Of a DNA stretch of 64,000 nucleotides, positions 26,022 through 36,150 are shown piece after piece. Each line of letters starts with the position of its first letter. The first letter of the stretch is position 1. The position numbers and the translations under genes are program-made. Source of the stretch: Vulcanimicrobiota bacterium (GTDB lineage Bacteria; Vulcanimicrobiota; Xenobia; Xenobiales; JADMJV01); assembly GCA_050250895.1 (NCBI GenBank), contig JBFWNU010000005.1:547396-611395 (forward strand), in the 5' to 3' direction. The notes under the pieces are model-generated. The model was not told the DNA's origin and ran no database searches. It was given only the letters and a program-made list of their open reading frames with translations.

Positions 26022-28082
26022 TTGATTAAAACATTTCGGACCACGCTGGTCACAGCGTGCGCACTCCTGCTCCTGGCCCTGGTTGGGTGCGGTGGCGGGG
26101 GCGACGGCGGCGAGAACGCCTTCATCTTTCCCGGCGGTAGCGGCGGAGTTCCCGCCCAGCTCGCCTTCACCACCCAACCCGCCCGCGCCGCCGGGCAGGC
26201 CTTCAACCCCAACATCATGGTCGAGATCCGTGATATCAACAACATCATCGTTCCCGATGCCACCAACCCGGTCACCCTGACCCTGGCCAACGCACCCGGC
26301 GCCACCCTGATGGGCACCACCACTGTCAACGCCGTCAACGGCGTAGCCACTTTCCCCGGCCTCTCGGTCGACATCGTGGGCACCGGCTACACCCTGAATG
26401 CCAGCTCGCCTGGCCTCACCGGCGCCAGCAGCTCGGCCTTCAACGTCACTCCCGACGCCGCCAACGCTGCCCTGGTCACGGTCCAGCCGCAGAACATCGA
26501 CGCGGGGGGAATGATCCCGCCCGTCACCGTCGACCTGCGGGACGCCTTCGGCAACATCGATACCAATAGCAACGCCGCCGTCACGGTCGCGCTGGTTCCC
26601 GTCAACGGCGGAACCGGCACCCTGGGTGGCACCACCATGGTCAACGCCGTCAATGGTGTAGCCATCTTCAATGACCTGACCGTGGACACCCAGGGCCAGT
26701 ATATGCTGGTCTTTAGCTCCCCCGGTCTGACCGACGGCCCGTCCAGCAACTTCAGTGTCTTTGCCCCGGTTCTCTTCGGCACGTTTCCGGGTATCGAGCC
26801 GACCGCCCCGGCCTATCTGGCTCGCATCAACCCCACCGACGGAACCTTCCAGACGGTGGGCTCGACCACCAGCAACTTCTTCCCGCTGGCCACCGACTCC
26901 AACGGTCGACTCATCAGCGCCGCCAACGACGCGATGACGACCGACGCCGTCCTCGGCACTCTCGATCAGGCCACCGGCACTCCCACCATCATCGGCACCC
27001 TCAGCAACTTGGACAATGTCGGTGGTTGTGAAGCCGTGCGCGACCTCACTTTTGACGCCGTCACCAATATGCTTTATGGCGTCATCGACAATTGCAACGG
27101 CGCCGCTAACCCGGGTCTGTTCAGCATCGATCTGACCACCGGAGCCGGCACCAAGCTCTCTGACGGAACCTTTGCCGCCGGCACCACTGGCCAGGGCGTA
27201 GCCTCGAACTCCGCTGGCACCTTCTTCCACACGCCGGCCGACAACCTGGTGAACATCAACCCCATGACCGGAGCGATGACCAACGTCTTCACCGGCACCA
27301 TGGGCCGCACCGATGTCTCGGGGCTGGCCTTCCAGCCAGGCACCGACACGCTCTTCGGAGCCAGCCGCGACACCAACGAGTTGATCACCATCGACCCCGC
27401 CACCGGTACGCTCAGTTCGATGTTTGCTTCTGCTCCCTCGCTGACTGGACTAACCTTCGTGCGCAGCGACGTTCCCTTCACCGATCGCGGCTACGACGTC
27501 ACCCCGATTGCCCTCGACTACACCGACATCAGCGCCACCGGCACGCCCTTCAACCTGGGCGACGATGCGGGCACCCCTCCCGTCGACTTCGGCTTCCCTT
27601 TCAACTTCTTCGGAGTCGACTTCACCAACTGCGCTATCTCGTCCAACGGCTTTCTTACCATGGCCGGTCAGGGAGCGCTCGGAGACTTCAGCAACGAATC
27701 TCTGCCTACCCGCCTCAACAACCATCCGAACATGGTCTGTCTCTACTGGGACGACCTCGACCCGGGCGACGACGGCGCCTCGCTCTTCGCGCAGACGGTC
27801 GGCACGGCTCCCAACCGGGTCTTCATCGTCCAGTATGTGGAGTTCGACTTCTTCCCGGGCGACGGCACCGCTGGCGGCACCGCCATCATCCAGGCCCAGA
27901 TGAAGCTCTTCGAGACCACCAACGTCATCGAGTTCCACTACCAGACCCTGGCTGGAGCCAACGGGAACTCGGCTACCATCGGCGTCCAGGACGGCTCGGG
28001 AACCCGCGCCGCCCAGTTCTCGTTCAATACCGCCAACACCATCATGTCGGGCACGGCCCTGCGCTTCACGCCCAGACCTTAG
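26022..28082 (+). CDS. Surface lipoprotein: two Ig-like repeats, a beta-propeller and a NIDO-like C-terminal domain
   Basis: Lipobox LVG|C; duplicated GTTxVNAVNGVAxFxxL..SSPGLT; IDxxTG repeats; FPFNFFG..ISSNGF..YWDDL. Confidence 0.8.
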   Translation: MIKTFRTTLVTACALLLLALVGCGGGGDGGENAFIFPGGSGGVPAQLAFTTQPARAAGQAFNPNIMVEIRDINNIIVPDATNPVTLTLANAPGATLMGTTTVNAVNGVATFPGLSVDIVGTGYTLNASSPGLTGASSSAFNVTPDAANAALVTVQPQNIDAGGMIPPVTVDLRDAFGNIDTNSNAAVTVALVPVNGGTGTLGGTTMVNAVNGVAIFNDLTVDTQGQYMLVFSSPGLTDGPSSNFSVFAPVLFGTFPGIEPTAPAYLARINPTDGTFQTVGSTTSNFFPLATDSNGRLISAANDAMTTDAVLGTLDQATGTPTIIGTLSNLDNVGGCEAVRDLTFDAVTNMLYGVIDNCNGAANPGLFSIDLTTGAGTKLSDGTFAAGTTGQGVASNSAGTFFHTPADNLVNINPMTGAMTNVFTGTMGRTDVSGLAFQPGTDTLFGASRDTNELITIDPATGTLSSMFASAPSLTGLTFVRSDVPFTDRGYDVTPIALDYTDISATGTPFNLGDDAGTPPVDFGFPFNFFGVDFTNCAISSNGFLTMAGQGALGDFSNESLPTRLNNHPNMVCLYWDDLDPGDDGASLFAQTVGTAPNRVFIVQYVEFDFFPGDGTAGGTAIIQAQMKLFETTNVIEFHYQTLAGANGNSATIGVQDGSGTRAAQFSFNTANTIMSGTALRFTPRP

Positions 28083-28102
28083 GCACTACCTGATACACAG
28101 CC

Positions 28103-28130
28103 AAGGGCCCCGGTTCGCCGGGGCCCTTTT
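28103..28130 (+). terminator. Intrinsic terminator
   Basis: AAGGGCCCCGG-TTCG-CCGGGGCCCTTTT. Confidence 0.88.
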
Positions 28131-29315
28131 CTATACCAGATAGAAGGGGGGACCGGCCGCTTTGATGGCGGCTTCCAACTGGCTGATTTCCTCCTCAAAC
28201 GCGCTATCTAACTCGTCGAGTTCCTCGCGCAGCTTGAGCACTCCACTCGCCGCCCGCGTACAGAGCTGCTTCATCTGCGTGAGCCGCTGGGTCTTGTCGG
28301 TCAGTCGCTGGATTGAAGCCCGAATGGCGTCGAGATCAAGCTCGGCCTGGGCGCCCGGCCGCGAGGCGCGGGCGGCGATGATCCACAGGGCCGCCTCGAG
28401 GCCCACATACTGGGGAGCCTCCTTGTCCACCAGCACCACCAGCTGCGTTTTGTTTCGCGAGAGGAGCATGGGGATCCGCGGGCCGTTCTCGTCTTGATTC
28501 TCTTGCAGAGTCGCGACCACGATGCCATAGTCGCAGGCTCGGTCGGTCATGGCCTGGGCCAGGTCCCCGGTGAAGTAGGGATTGGAACTATCCTGGGAAA
28601 GCCGTCGATCCTTGCACTCGATGATGATGTTGACCTGCCGGTGGCCCAGCCGCATCGAATAGAGCACGTCGCCTTTCTTGCCGCTACCGCCTTCACCCGG
28701 CTGGGCCCCGACCGCCTCCACCGTATCCCCCCGGCCTTCGGCAAAGCGGCGCAGCCGCCGCACCACCCGGCCTTCGAACTTGACTCCCTTGTCGGGATTC
28801 GTCTCTTGCTCGGCCGCCAGTTCCTTCAGGTGCTGGTTCTGCTGAACCAATTGAGCGGCGTTGGCCCCGATCAGTTCCGACTGATGGTGCAACTCACTGA
28901 TCACGCCCGTGATTTGTTGTTCTTGCTGTTGCCGGTACAGCTCGAAGGCTCGAATGGTTGCCTGGGTGGCCGCCTCCAGCGCTCCAACCATCACCTCGAA
29001 TCGGCGGTTGATCCGTTCTTCCAGCTCGAGCTGCTGCTCGCGCATGCGAGTCAGCTCGCGGGCGCGGTCGGCCAGGATGCGATCGGACTGCTGCTCGGTA
29101 AACTTCTGATAGCGCGAGAACTCGGTCAATACTTGCTCGGCCGCCTCCACCGGCCGGCTGTGCTTGATGACGCGGGCTCCCAGTTCGGCCATGTCTTCAG
29201 CCGTTTCGCATTGCTCCTCGTAGGTCTGGCCGTCCAGTTGGGCGGCCAGAGTGGGGTCGTTGACCTCGATGGTCAAAGGGCGATAAGGAATGGGTAATGG
29301 TGTGATGGTGTTCAT
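28131..29315 (-). CDS. Coiled-coil protein with PD-(D/E)xK nuclease domain (RmuC/DUF2130-like)
   Basis: Coiled coil, KGVKFE...KKGDV...IIIECKD, coiled-coil tail. Confidence 0.7.
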   Translation of the reverse strand: MNTITPLPIPYRPLTIEVNDPTLAAQLDGQTYEEQCETAEDMAELGARVIKHSRPVEAAEQVLTEFSRYQKFTEQQSDRILADRARELTRMREQQLELEERINRRFEVMVGALEAATQATIRAFELYRQQQEQQITGVISELHHQSELIGANAAQLVQQNQHLKELAAEQETNPDKGVKFEGRVVRRLRRFAEGRGDTVEAVGAQPGEGGSGKKGDVLYSMRLGHRQVNIIIECKDRRLSQDSSNPYFTGDLAQAMTDRACDYGIVVATLQENQDENGPRIPMLLSRNKTQLVVLVDKEAPQYVGLEAALWIIAARASRPGAQAELDLDAIRASIQRLTDKTQRLTQMKQLCTRAASGVLKLREELDELDSAFEEEISQLEAAIKAAGPPFYLV

Positions 29316-29437
29316 ACTCCCAGCCTAGGCAGCAGAAATCACCAACCTGTGAACCGCCCGTGACCAATCGATTGCCGGAATGTAAGCAGAAAATGAACCA
29401 CGACCACCCGTTCGCTAGCGAACCTGCCCGGGCGAAA

Positions 29438-30229
29438 CTAGCTGGGCCAGAACTCGCCAGTCTGTAGCTTGTTGCCCACCAGAACTGCACCGGCCACACC
29501 GGCCACCAGCCCGCAGGCCGCCCCGGGAATCCCCCCGATCAGGCCGCCCGCCACTCCCAGCGCCAGGCCGCTTGCCGCCAGCGGCCAGTGGCCCATTTTG
29601 TTGCCCCAATAGTCGCTGTGGTCGTCGTGGAGCAGGATGGCGCCGGGAATCTCCTGGAACGAGTCCGGCCCCACCGCCTCGACTCCCAGCACCGAATGCA
29701 CCCGCGTATCGAGGGGATTCGGAGTGCTCTTGAGGGCGTTGTACACCAGTTCGGTGCAGGCGATCTCTTCATCGTTGGAAAGGTCGCCCATACCGTCATA
29801 CTGCTTGCCGTCCTGGCTCACACAGTAGTCGGCCGCCGCCTGGGCGTCGGCCGGGGTGGCATAGGGCGGGCGCACCAGGGCAACCTTTAGCCGGCCCTGG
29901 AAATAGTCCGACAACTCCTCGGCGTGAACGCCCTTGCCCGTCGCTTCATACACCTTCCCACCGCCCACGTACATGGCCGCGTGGGTATAGTCCGAACGCA
30001 CCGTCCAGTACTCCAGCCGGGCCCAGCCCGGAAAGGTGCAGTCGCAGGTCAAGATCACGTCGCCCGGCTGCAGCTTGCTCGCCAACTCGTTAGCTTTCTC
30101 GGTACTGATCTCGGGAACCGTGGTGGGAATGCGTCGCCCCATCACGGTCATCACCGCTTCACTAACCTGCCGCTTGAAGCCGCCGCGGAGAGGGGGACCC
30201 ACCTTCATGCTCGTCATCCTAGCAGACAC
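29438..30229 (-). CDS. Permuted papain-like NlpC/P60 enzyme (YiiX/YebB-like)
   Basis: LQPGDVIL, YTHAAMYVG, GKQYD, IACTELV; C-terminal glycine zipper. Confidence 0.85.
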   Translation of the reverse strand: MSARMTSMKVGPPLRGGFKRQVSEAVMTVMGRRIPTTVPEISTEKANELASKLQPGDVILTCDCTFPGWARLEYWTVRSDYTHAAMYVGGGKVYEATGKGVHAEELSDYFQGRLKVALVRPPYATPADAQAAADYCVSQDGKQYDGMGDLSNDEEIACTELVYNALKSTPNPLDTRVHSVLGVEAVGPDSFQEIPGAILLHDDHSDYWGNKMGHWPLAASGLALGVAGGLIGGIPGAACGLVAGVAGAVLVGNKLQTGEFWPS

Positions 30230-30452
30230 TCACTTCCAAGCCATTGACACCCGGTTAACTTCAGGCTAGCCCGGCCTTCGTGAATGTCTGGTTTCGTGCA
30301 CTCAAACCATGAGGCTCAAGGAAAGGACACTGAGGACGACGGGTCGTTGGTCGCGGAGACGAGGAAGGAAGACGTATCAGCGCACCTGCGGGTGCTTTCA
30401 CAACGAGCGAGTGCTCACCCGACAGCCACCCCCCTTTGCGCCCCCCCCGCGG

Positions 30453-31910
30453 TTAGTAGGTCTCCACCGGCCGAAAGCGCGTCTGAGCAGCCGGGCTACC
30501 CCCGCTGGTCAAGAGCTTCGGCGGATGGTCCGACTCCAGTTCGGGCAGGGTGCGAAAAGTGCCCTGGGACAGCTCGAACAGGGGCACGTCGTGCTTGTGG
30601 CGACTCAGGTAGAACTTGCCCGATTCGCCGACTGCCAGCTCTTCCAGGCGGTAGCTGTGGTTGACGAACTCCGGCGCGGCTACCGACTGGCGTCGGTCCA
30701 CATCGAAGTACTCCGTGCGCCCCGCCTCGTGGGTCGTCCAGCTGTCGGCCGAAGCGTCATAGGTGAAGAAGCGATCCACCGCCGAGTCGTGGTGGTCTTT
30801 CTCGAACACGAACAGGCGGCCATCGGCCGTCGCCGCCAGGCCTTTGATGTCGAGATTGTCACCCGGAGACGGCAACTGGCGCCAATAGGCGATCAGCGAG
30901 GCGTCCACCTGGCCCGAAGTGGGCACGCCCTCGGGGTGGTCGGCCAGAAAGGCCCGGCTGTCTAACTGGAAGACCCGCTTGTGGCGCCGCACATAGAGGT
31001 TGCCCTCGGCATCGGCGGTCAGGTCTTCGAAGTGCTTCTGAAGGTGATCAAGGTCCGCTTCGTCGTCGTCGAAGTAGGGCAGGGGAGGCAGCAGCTTCCA
31101 GCTCTGCCAGTCGCTGTCGGCCGTCAGCCCCTGGCCGAACAGGACCGCCCGGCCCGACGACACGAACAAGACCTCGCCATCGAGAGCCAGCTGCTCGACG
31201 TGGCGCAGCGGCTTGTCATCGAACTGAATCCGTCCGTGGGGGTCGAGGTTGTAGTCGGGCAGGGCCGGCAACACCGTCCAACTGTCCTCGGCAAACCGCA
31301 TCACCGAGGCGCTGTGGTCGCCGCGCAGACCCACATAGAGGCGGCCGGCCAGGTCGGCAGCCATACTCTCGGTGTGGCCCGAGTGGCCATCAGTCGACAA
31401 GGTAGTCAGGTCATCATAGGACACCGACGGCGGGGCCGGCAGCGTCTGCCAGCCCGCCCCCGAGTCCGACCAGCCGGGAGGCAGATAGTGCAGAGTGCGG
31501 TTGTCGTTGTCCAGAGCAAACAGGTGGTCATCGTTGTTCTGGCGGCGGATGGTGGTGAACACCGAGGCGCTCTCGAGGGTTCGGCTGGGCAGGCTGCCGC
31601 GCCCTGTCAGTAGCATCACTTCGGGGTTGGAGGTCGGCTGCAAACGCGCCTCCAGGCGTCCTTCGGGAGCCTCCTCCAGTAGCTCGAATCCAGCCAGCAA
31701 GCGAGCCTCGACGGCCGGGTCCTGGTTGAGGCGATCGAGTGCCAGGGCGGTGGCCGACTCGGCCAACAGCCGGGCTTTAAAGTGTCGCTCGCCGTGCTGG
31801 CCCAGGCGAATGTTCACCGCCGCCTGTTGGTGCATCACCGTGGCCAGGGCAAACAGCAGCATCACCACCAACAGGGCAGTGGGAACGGCCACAGCCCGGC
31901 GCCGGCTCAT
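30453..31910 (-). CDS. PilX-like protein with C-terminal beta-propeller
   Basis: RRRAVAVPTALL, ARLLAESA; repeated W..LP.P and LAxxxxGxLYV motifs. Confidence 0.65.
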   Translation of the reverse strand: MSRRRAVAVPTALLVVMLLFALATVMHQQAAVNIRLGQHGERHFKARLLAESATALALDRLNQDPAVEARLLAGFELLEEAPEGRLEARLQPTSNPEVMLLTGRGSLPSRTLESASVFTTIRRQNNDDHLFALDNDNRTLHYLPPGWSDSGAGWQTLPAPPSVSYDDLTTLSTDGHSGHTESMAADLAGRLYVGLRGDHSASVMRFAEDSWTVLPALPDYNLDPHGRIQFDDKPLRHVEQLALDGEVLFVSSGRAVLFGQGLTADSDWQSWKLLPPLPYFDDDEADLDHLQKHFEDLTADAEGNLYVRRHKRVFQLDSRAFLADHPEGVPTSGQVDASLIAYWRQLPSPGDNLDIKGLAATADGRLFVFEKDHHDSAVDRFFTYDASADSWTTHEAGRTEYFDVDRRQSVAAPEFVNHSYRLEELAVGESGKFYLSRHKHDVPLFELSQGTFRTLPELESDHPPKLLTSGGSPAAQTRFRPVETY

Positions 31911-32437
31911 AGCTGGTTCCCCAGGTAGTGTTCGCTGTAAGACTCATAGATGGTCTCGCCGGCCTGGGCCCGCACCCGCACCCGCAGAAGGTCCGTGGCC
32001 AGCCGTTGAAACTCGACCTGCCCGCCTGCTCCTAGCGCCAGCACCACCTGCTCGGTCGTCCCCTCGCGCCGGGTCAGTTTGCCCTCGCTCACCCACAGTT
32101 CGCTCTCGGCCGAGCGCACCAGCGAGCCGTCGGCGTTCACCCGGGGAAGCTGCTCGTCGGTCAGTTGGGGCGGCTGCAGCGCGAGCACCTCCGTGGGGGC
32201 CAGATTCTGGGGGTCGTAGGAAGGTTGTAATACGCGACTGCCACGCAGGGTCTCGGTGATCTTCTCGTGGGCCAGGGCCACCGTGCGAAAGGCGTCGCTA
32301 TGCACGTCGGTCTTCTGCTGGGCGGCCCGGGCCTGGAAATAGATGCTCAGGGTGGCCACCATCAAGACCAGCATGACCCCCGAGGCCACCAGCGTCTCGG
32401 CCAGGGTCAGACCGCGGTCACGGGGCCCGATAGACAT
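31907..32437 (-). CDS. Prepilin-like minor pilin (PilW-like)
   Basis: RG|LTLAETLV. Confidence 0.75.
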   Translation of the reverse strand: MSIGPRDRGLTLAETLVASGVMLVLMVATLSIYFQARAAQQKTDVHSDAFRTVALAHEKITETLRGSRVLQPSYDPQNLAPTEVLALQPPQLTDEQLPRVNADGSLVRSAESELWVSEGKLTRREGTTEQVVLALGAGGQVEFQRLATDLLRVRVRAQAGETIYESYSEHYLGNQL

Positions 32438-32792
32438 AGGTCCATACCTTCACATCCTGGAGTTCTTTGCCACCCTGATAACTGACCACCAGGTCGATGC
32501 GCCGCCGGTCGGGGCTCTCGTCGCTCAGTGCCACCGCGTAGCGATAGTCGGGATCGTCGGGAAAGGGTTGGGGCGAAGCGGTGGCCAGGTCGGCTCGAAA
32601 GTCCAGTCGCAACTGGGAGCGCAACCAGGCCATCTGGTTACCCGCCAGCCTCACCATGGTGTGATGCTCGCGGTTGAACTGGCCGGCGCGCAGACTGTAG
32701 ATCGAGATGCTCATCAGGCTGAACAGGCCAAGGCTGATCAGCACCAGGGCCACCATCACCTCGGCCAGGGTGAAAGCGCGCTTCACGAGCAC
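32418..32792 (-). CDS. Prepilin-like minor pilin (PilV-like)
   Basis: RA|FTLAEVMVAL. Confidence 0.78.
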   Translation of the reverse strand: MLVKRAFTLAEVMVALVLISLGLFSLMSISIYSLRAGQFNREHHTMVRLAGNQMAWLRSQLRLDFRADLATASPQPFPDDPDYRYAVALSDESPDRRRIDLVVSYQGGKELQDVKVWTYVYRAP

Positions 32793-35026
32793 ACCTCGGG
32801 GCTCAGGCCCATTTGAGCGCGGTGATAAAGCCGCATCAAATCGAGGGTCGGCTCGCTCTCATACTCGTCGCGCAAGAGCCGGCACAAGCGTTCATACTCG
32901 CGTAATACTTCCTGAGGACGGTTCAAAGCCAGCAGGGCCGCAAAGCGCACGCCGGCCGCGTCCTGGCGGTGAGGACGCAGCTTGAGCAGGCGGCGGCTGT
33001 AGTCGGCCGCCTCGCCGGGAGCTCCTTCCAGGCTTTGCTCGGCCACCAAGTAAAGGGTCTGACACACCTTCTCTTCGAGCTGCTCGCGCAGTCGCAAGGC
33101 CCAATCCATGTAGCAGCCCTCGAGATAGGGCCCCTGGTAGAGTTCTAAGGCCTCGCGCCGCGAACTCTGGTCGCCCGCATAGGCTCGCTCGAACTCTTCC
33201 AGGTCGTGCCAGTGGGCCAGTTCCGGGTTGAGAAACAAGGTGTCGCCCTGGCGCACCAGTGCCTCTGGCTCGGGCGGCAGGCCCGCCTCACGCAGACGCC
33301 GACGAATCGCCGAGGTGGCCTGCCACAGGCTCTTGCGTCCGCGCTCGTAGTGCTCGGGCCAAAACTCCTCCACCACGGCCTCGGTGGTCAAAGGTCGGCC
33401 CCATTGCGAGGCCAGCAGGGCAAACAGATAGCGAGTCTTGCCGGTGGCCCAGCCCTCGATCGGCTGCTCGCCCACCAGTACCTCGAAGCGCCCCAGCGAA
33501 TAGACCGTCAAAAGCGGAGCGCTCTCGCTCTGGGCTCCGCCGGCCAGGGCCACCGCTCTAGCCCGCAGCGACGGCTCGACATCCTCGCAGAGCGGCTCGA
33601 GCACCTCCGCGGGCAAGCCCGAGCCCAGCCTGGCCAACCACTCCAGCGCCCGGGCCCGCCGGGGGGTCTCGAACGAGGCCAGCAACCGGCCGCACTGGCG
33701 CGGAAAGCGAGCCAGGGTGCGCCGGGCCAGGGCCCGTGCTTGCTCGTCATCAAGCTCGAGCAGGGCCGGCAACAGCCAGTGCAGCGACTCGCCCAGGGCC
33801 GGGGTATAGCGCGGATCGCCCAGCACCGCCAGGTGCCGGGCTTCGGGCGCCCCCTGGCCCAGCGACGCCAGGGCCACCTGGCACTGGGCCTCTTCAAACA
33901 GCGAGCCCGAGGTGGCCAGCAGCTGGGCCGCCCGGGCCAGCGCCCGGGGCTCTTCCAGCAACAGCCCCAGTCGCAGCAGCACGCGGCCCTGAAAGGCGTC
34001 TCCCAGCGGGGCGGCGAGCTCGGCTACCGGTCCGGCCGCGGCCACCGCCGCCGCCCGATCGCCCCGGGCCAGGGCCAGTCGCACCAGGCCCAGCCGCGCC
34101 TCCACCCGCTCGGGCGAGACCCCCTGGCTGGCGGCCAGCTGCCCGAACAGCTGCTCACTCTCTTCGTGCTGGCCGGTGCGCTCCAGTGTCTGGGCCACGG
34201 CTAGCAGGCCCGCTCCCGAGGTCCGCTCGGCCACCGGCCCGGGGCGTCCCTCGGCCAGGGCCTGGTAGGCGTCGGCCAGTTCAGGCAGAGCCGCTTCGGG
34301 CAACCCGCCGCGCACGGCCGCGTCCACCAGCTGGACCGGCAAGGGCGCCGGCTCGTCGGCTGGTTGGTCCCAGGGAAACGACAAGGTGCGGCTGAGCAAA
34401 CGATGGCCCGCCTCGCCCTGCAAGAAAGGTTCGGGAGGCTGCAAGATCCCCTGGCGACGACCCGCCTCAAGACATGCCGCCGCCGCCAGCTCGCGCGCCT
34501 GTTGGGCCGGATAACCCAGCTGCTGGGCCAGTTTCTCGGCCCGCTCGAAGGCCCCCGCCAGCTCGGGATAGGCCTGCCCCAGCCGCTCCACGGCCCACAA
34601 CAAACCGCGCCCTAGCGAAGCCTGACCCTCGCTATAGCGCCGGGCTCGCTCCTTCTCGCGCAGCAACTCTTCCACCCGGCGGATGAACTCGTCGAGAGGA
34701 AAGGGCTTCTTCAGAAACCCGCCCACTTCCAGGTTGAGCGCCCGCAAGGTTTCGGCCTCACTGGTATAGCCTGAAATCACCAGGCTGCCCACATTCTGCT
34801 GGTACTGGCGGGCCTGGGCCAGGGCTTCGAGCCCGTCGAGCCCCCGCATGCGCACGTCGGCGATGAACAGATCGATGTTCTCCTGGCGGGCGACCTCGAC
34901 CGCGTCGGCCCCGCGCGAGGCCAGCGTCACCCGGTAGCCTCGATCTTGCAAGAGGTCCCCCAGCATCTCTAGCAGATCAGGGTCATCCTCGAGCAACAAG
35001 ATGTGAGGCGGGTACAGCACTTGCAT
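32783..35026 (-). CDS. Response regulator: REC + TPR/HEAT + wHTH-BTAD
   Basis: ILLLEDD, ADVRM..LDG, KKPF; C-terminal LGRFEV, FWPE, LYQGPYLEGCYMDWA. Confidence 0.88.
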   Translation of the reverse strand: MQVLYPPHILLLEDDPDLLEMLGDLLQDRGYRVTLASRGADAVEVARQENIDLFIADVRMRGLDGLEALAQARQYQQNVGSLVISGYTSEAETLRALNLEVGGFLKKPFPLDEFIRRVEELLREKERARRYSEGQASLGRGLLWAVERLGQAYPELAGAFERAEKLAQQLGYPAQQARELAAAACLEAGRRQGILQPPEPFLQGEAGHRLLSRTLSFPWDQPADEPAPLPVQLVDAAVRGGLPEAALPELADAYQALAEGRPGPVAERTSGAGLLAVAQTLERTGQHEESEQLFGQLAASQGVSPERVEARLGLVRLALARGDRAAAVAAAGPVAELAAPLGDAFQGRVLLRLGLLLEEPRALARAAQLLATSGSLFEEAQCQVALASLGQGAPEARHLAVLGDPRYTPALGESLHWLLPALLELDDEQARALARRTLARFPRQCGRLLASFETPRRARALEWLARLGSGLPAEVLEPLCEDVEPSLRARAVALAGGAQSESAPLLTVYSLGRFEVLVGEQPIEGWATGKTRYLFALLASQWGRPLTTEAVVEEFWPEHYERGRKSLWQATSAIRRRLREAGLPPEPEALVRQGDTLFLNPELAHWHDLEEFERAYAGDQSSRREALELYQGPYLEGCYMDWALRLREQLEEKVCQTLYLVAEQSLEGAPGEAADYSRRLLKLRPHRQDAAGVRFAALLALNRPQEVLREYERLCRLLRDEYESEPTLDLMRLYHRAQMGLSPEVCS

Positions 35027-35073
35027 GACTTCTAGCGAAGAGGGCTAACCCCTGGCGGGAGGAAAGCTACCGA

Positions 35074-36150
35074 ATGGCACGAGTCGGCACCGAAGGTCCT
35101 CTGGCTGCCGCCGGCCTGCCCGACCGGCAGGCCGATGCCCTGGTGCTCTCGGGCAGCTCGCTGTCTTTGATGACCTTGCACCTCAAGACTCTGCTCGGCT
35201 CCGGAGTGGGTCTGCTCGACGCCTTCGACGTGCTCGCCCGAGGCGAAGACCTGCAGGTCGCCCAGGCGGCCGAGCATCTCGGCCGGCGCCTCTCCGAGGG
35301 GCACCAGCTGTCCGAGGCTCTGGCCGAGATGCCGCGCGTTTTCGACCGCTTCTTCCTGCGCATGATCCGGGCCGCCGAGACCAGCGGACGGCTGATGGCC
35401 GTGCTCGAGGAGCTGTCCAACCTGCTCGAGACCCGGGAACGCCGCCGGCGTCGCTTGACCGGAGCCCTCGCCTATCCGGCCTTCGTGCTGGTGTTGTCGC
35501 TGGCCATGACGGCCTTTATCGTTTACGTCATGCTGCCAGGCTATCTGTCCATCTTCGCCGGCTCGGGGCTGCCCCTGCCGCCCCTCACCCGGGCGCTGTT
35601 GTGGATCAGCCAGTGGGCTCCTCGCGTGAGCCTGGGGGCTGTCGTCGTGATCATCATTGCGGTCCTGTCCCAGAGCTCCCAGGAGCGGGGTCTGGTGCGC
35701 TTTCGCCTGCCCTGGTTGAGGAGTCTGGCCCGCGACTACGAACTGGCCGGCTTTTGCACCACCCTCGCCTGGCTCTTGCGCACCGAGGTGCCCATCCAAT
35801 CCGCCATCGCCACCCTGCGCTATGGCGGCACCGGTTGGGAGCAGCTCGACCGGGTGCTCGAGGCCGCCGAAGACCGTTTGCTGGCCGGCGAGACCCTGTC
35901 CGAGTCCCTGTCGGACGCCGGAGTCTTCCCCCGTCACTTGCTTCAATGCGTGGCCGCCGGCGAACAGGCCGGCAAGACCTCCGAGTTTCTGCTGCTGGCC
36001 GGACGCATCCTCGAAGAGCGCTGCGACCTGGCCATCGAGGCTCTGCTCAGTTTGCTCGAACCAGCCCTCTTGCTGTTTTTGGGGGTCATCGTGGCCAGCG
36101 TGGTAATGGCCGCGCTGCTGCCCACCTTTTCGCTGGTGCAGGCGCTGTGA
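35074..36150 (+). CDS. Type II secretion F / PilC family protein
   Basis: AAETSGRL, ALAYP, LPPLTRAL, AAGEQAG, LLEPAL. Confidence 0.9.
   Translation: MARVGTEGPLAAAGLPDRQADALVLSGSSLSLMTLHLKTLLGSGVGLLDAFDVLARGEDLQVAQAAEHLGRRLSEGHQLSEALAEMPRVFDRFFLRMIRAAETSGRLMAVLEELSNLLETRERRRRRLTGALAYPAFVLVLSLAMTAFIVYVMLPGYLSIFAGSGLPLPPLTRALLWISQWAPRVSLGAVVVIIIAVLSQSSQERGLVRFRLPWLRSLARDYELAGFCTTLAWLLRTEVPIQSAIATLRYGGTGWEQLDRVLEAAEDRLLAGETLSESLSDAGVFPRHLLQCVAAGEQAGKTSEFLLLAGRILEERCDLAIEALLSLLEPALLLFLGVIVASVVMAALLPTFSLVQAL

Noticed and set aside
35601-36149. Long N-terminal extension of the histidine kinase in the ORF track
   Set aside because: It is an alternative frame of gspF; the true start is ATG36150. Similar over-extensions affect ORFs 5358-6596, 10948-12066, 19395-21182 and 39969-41312
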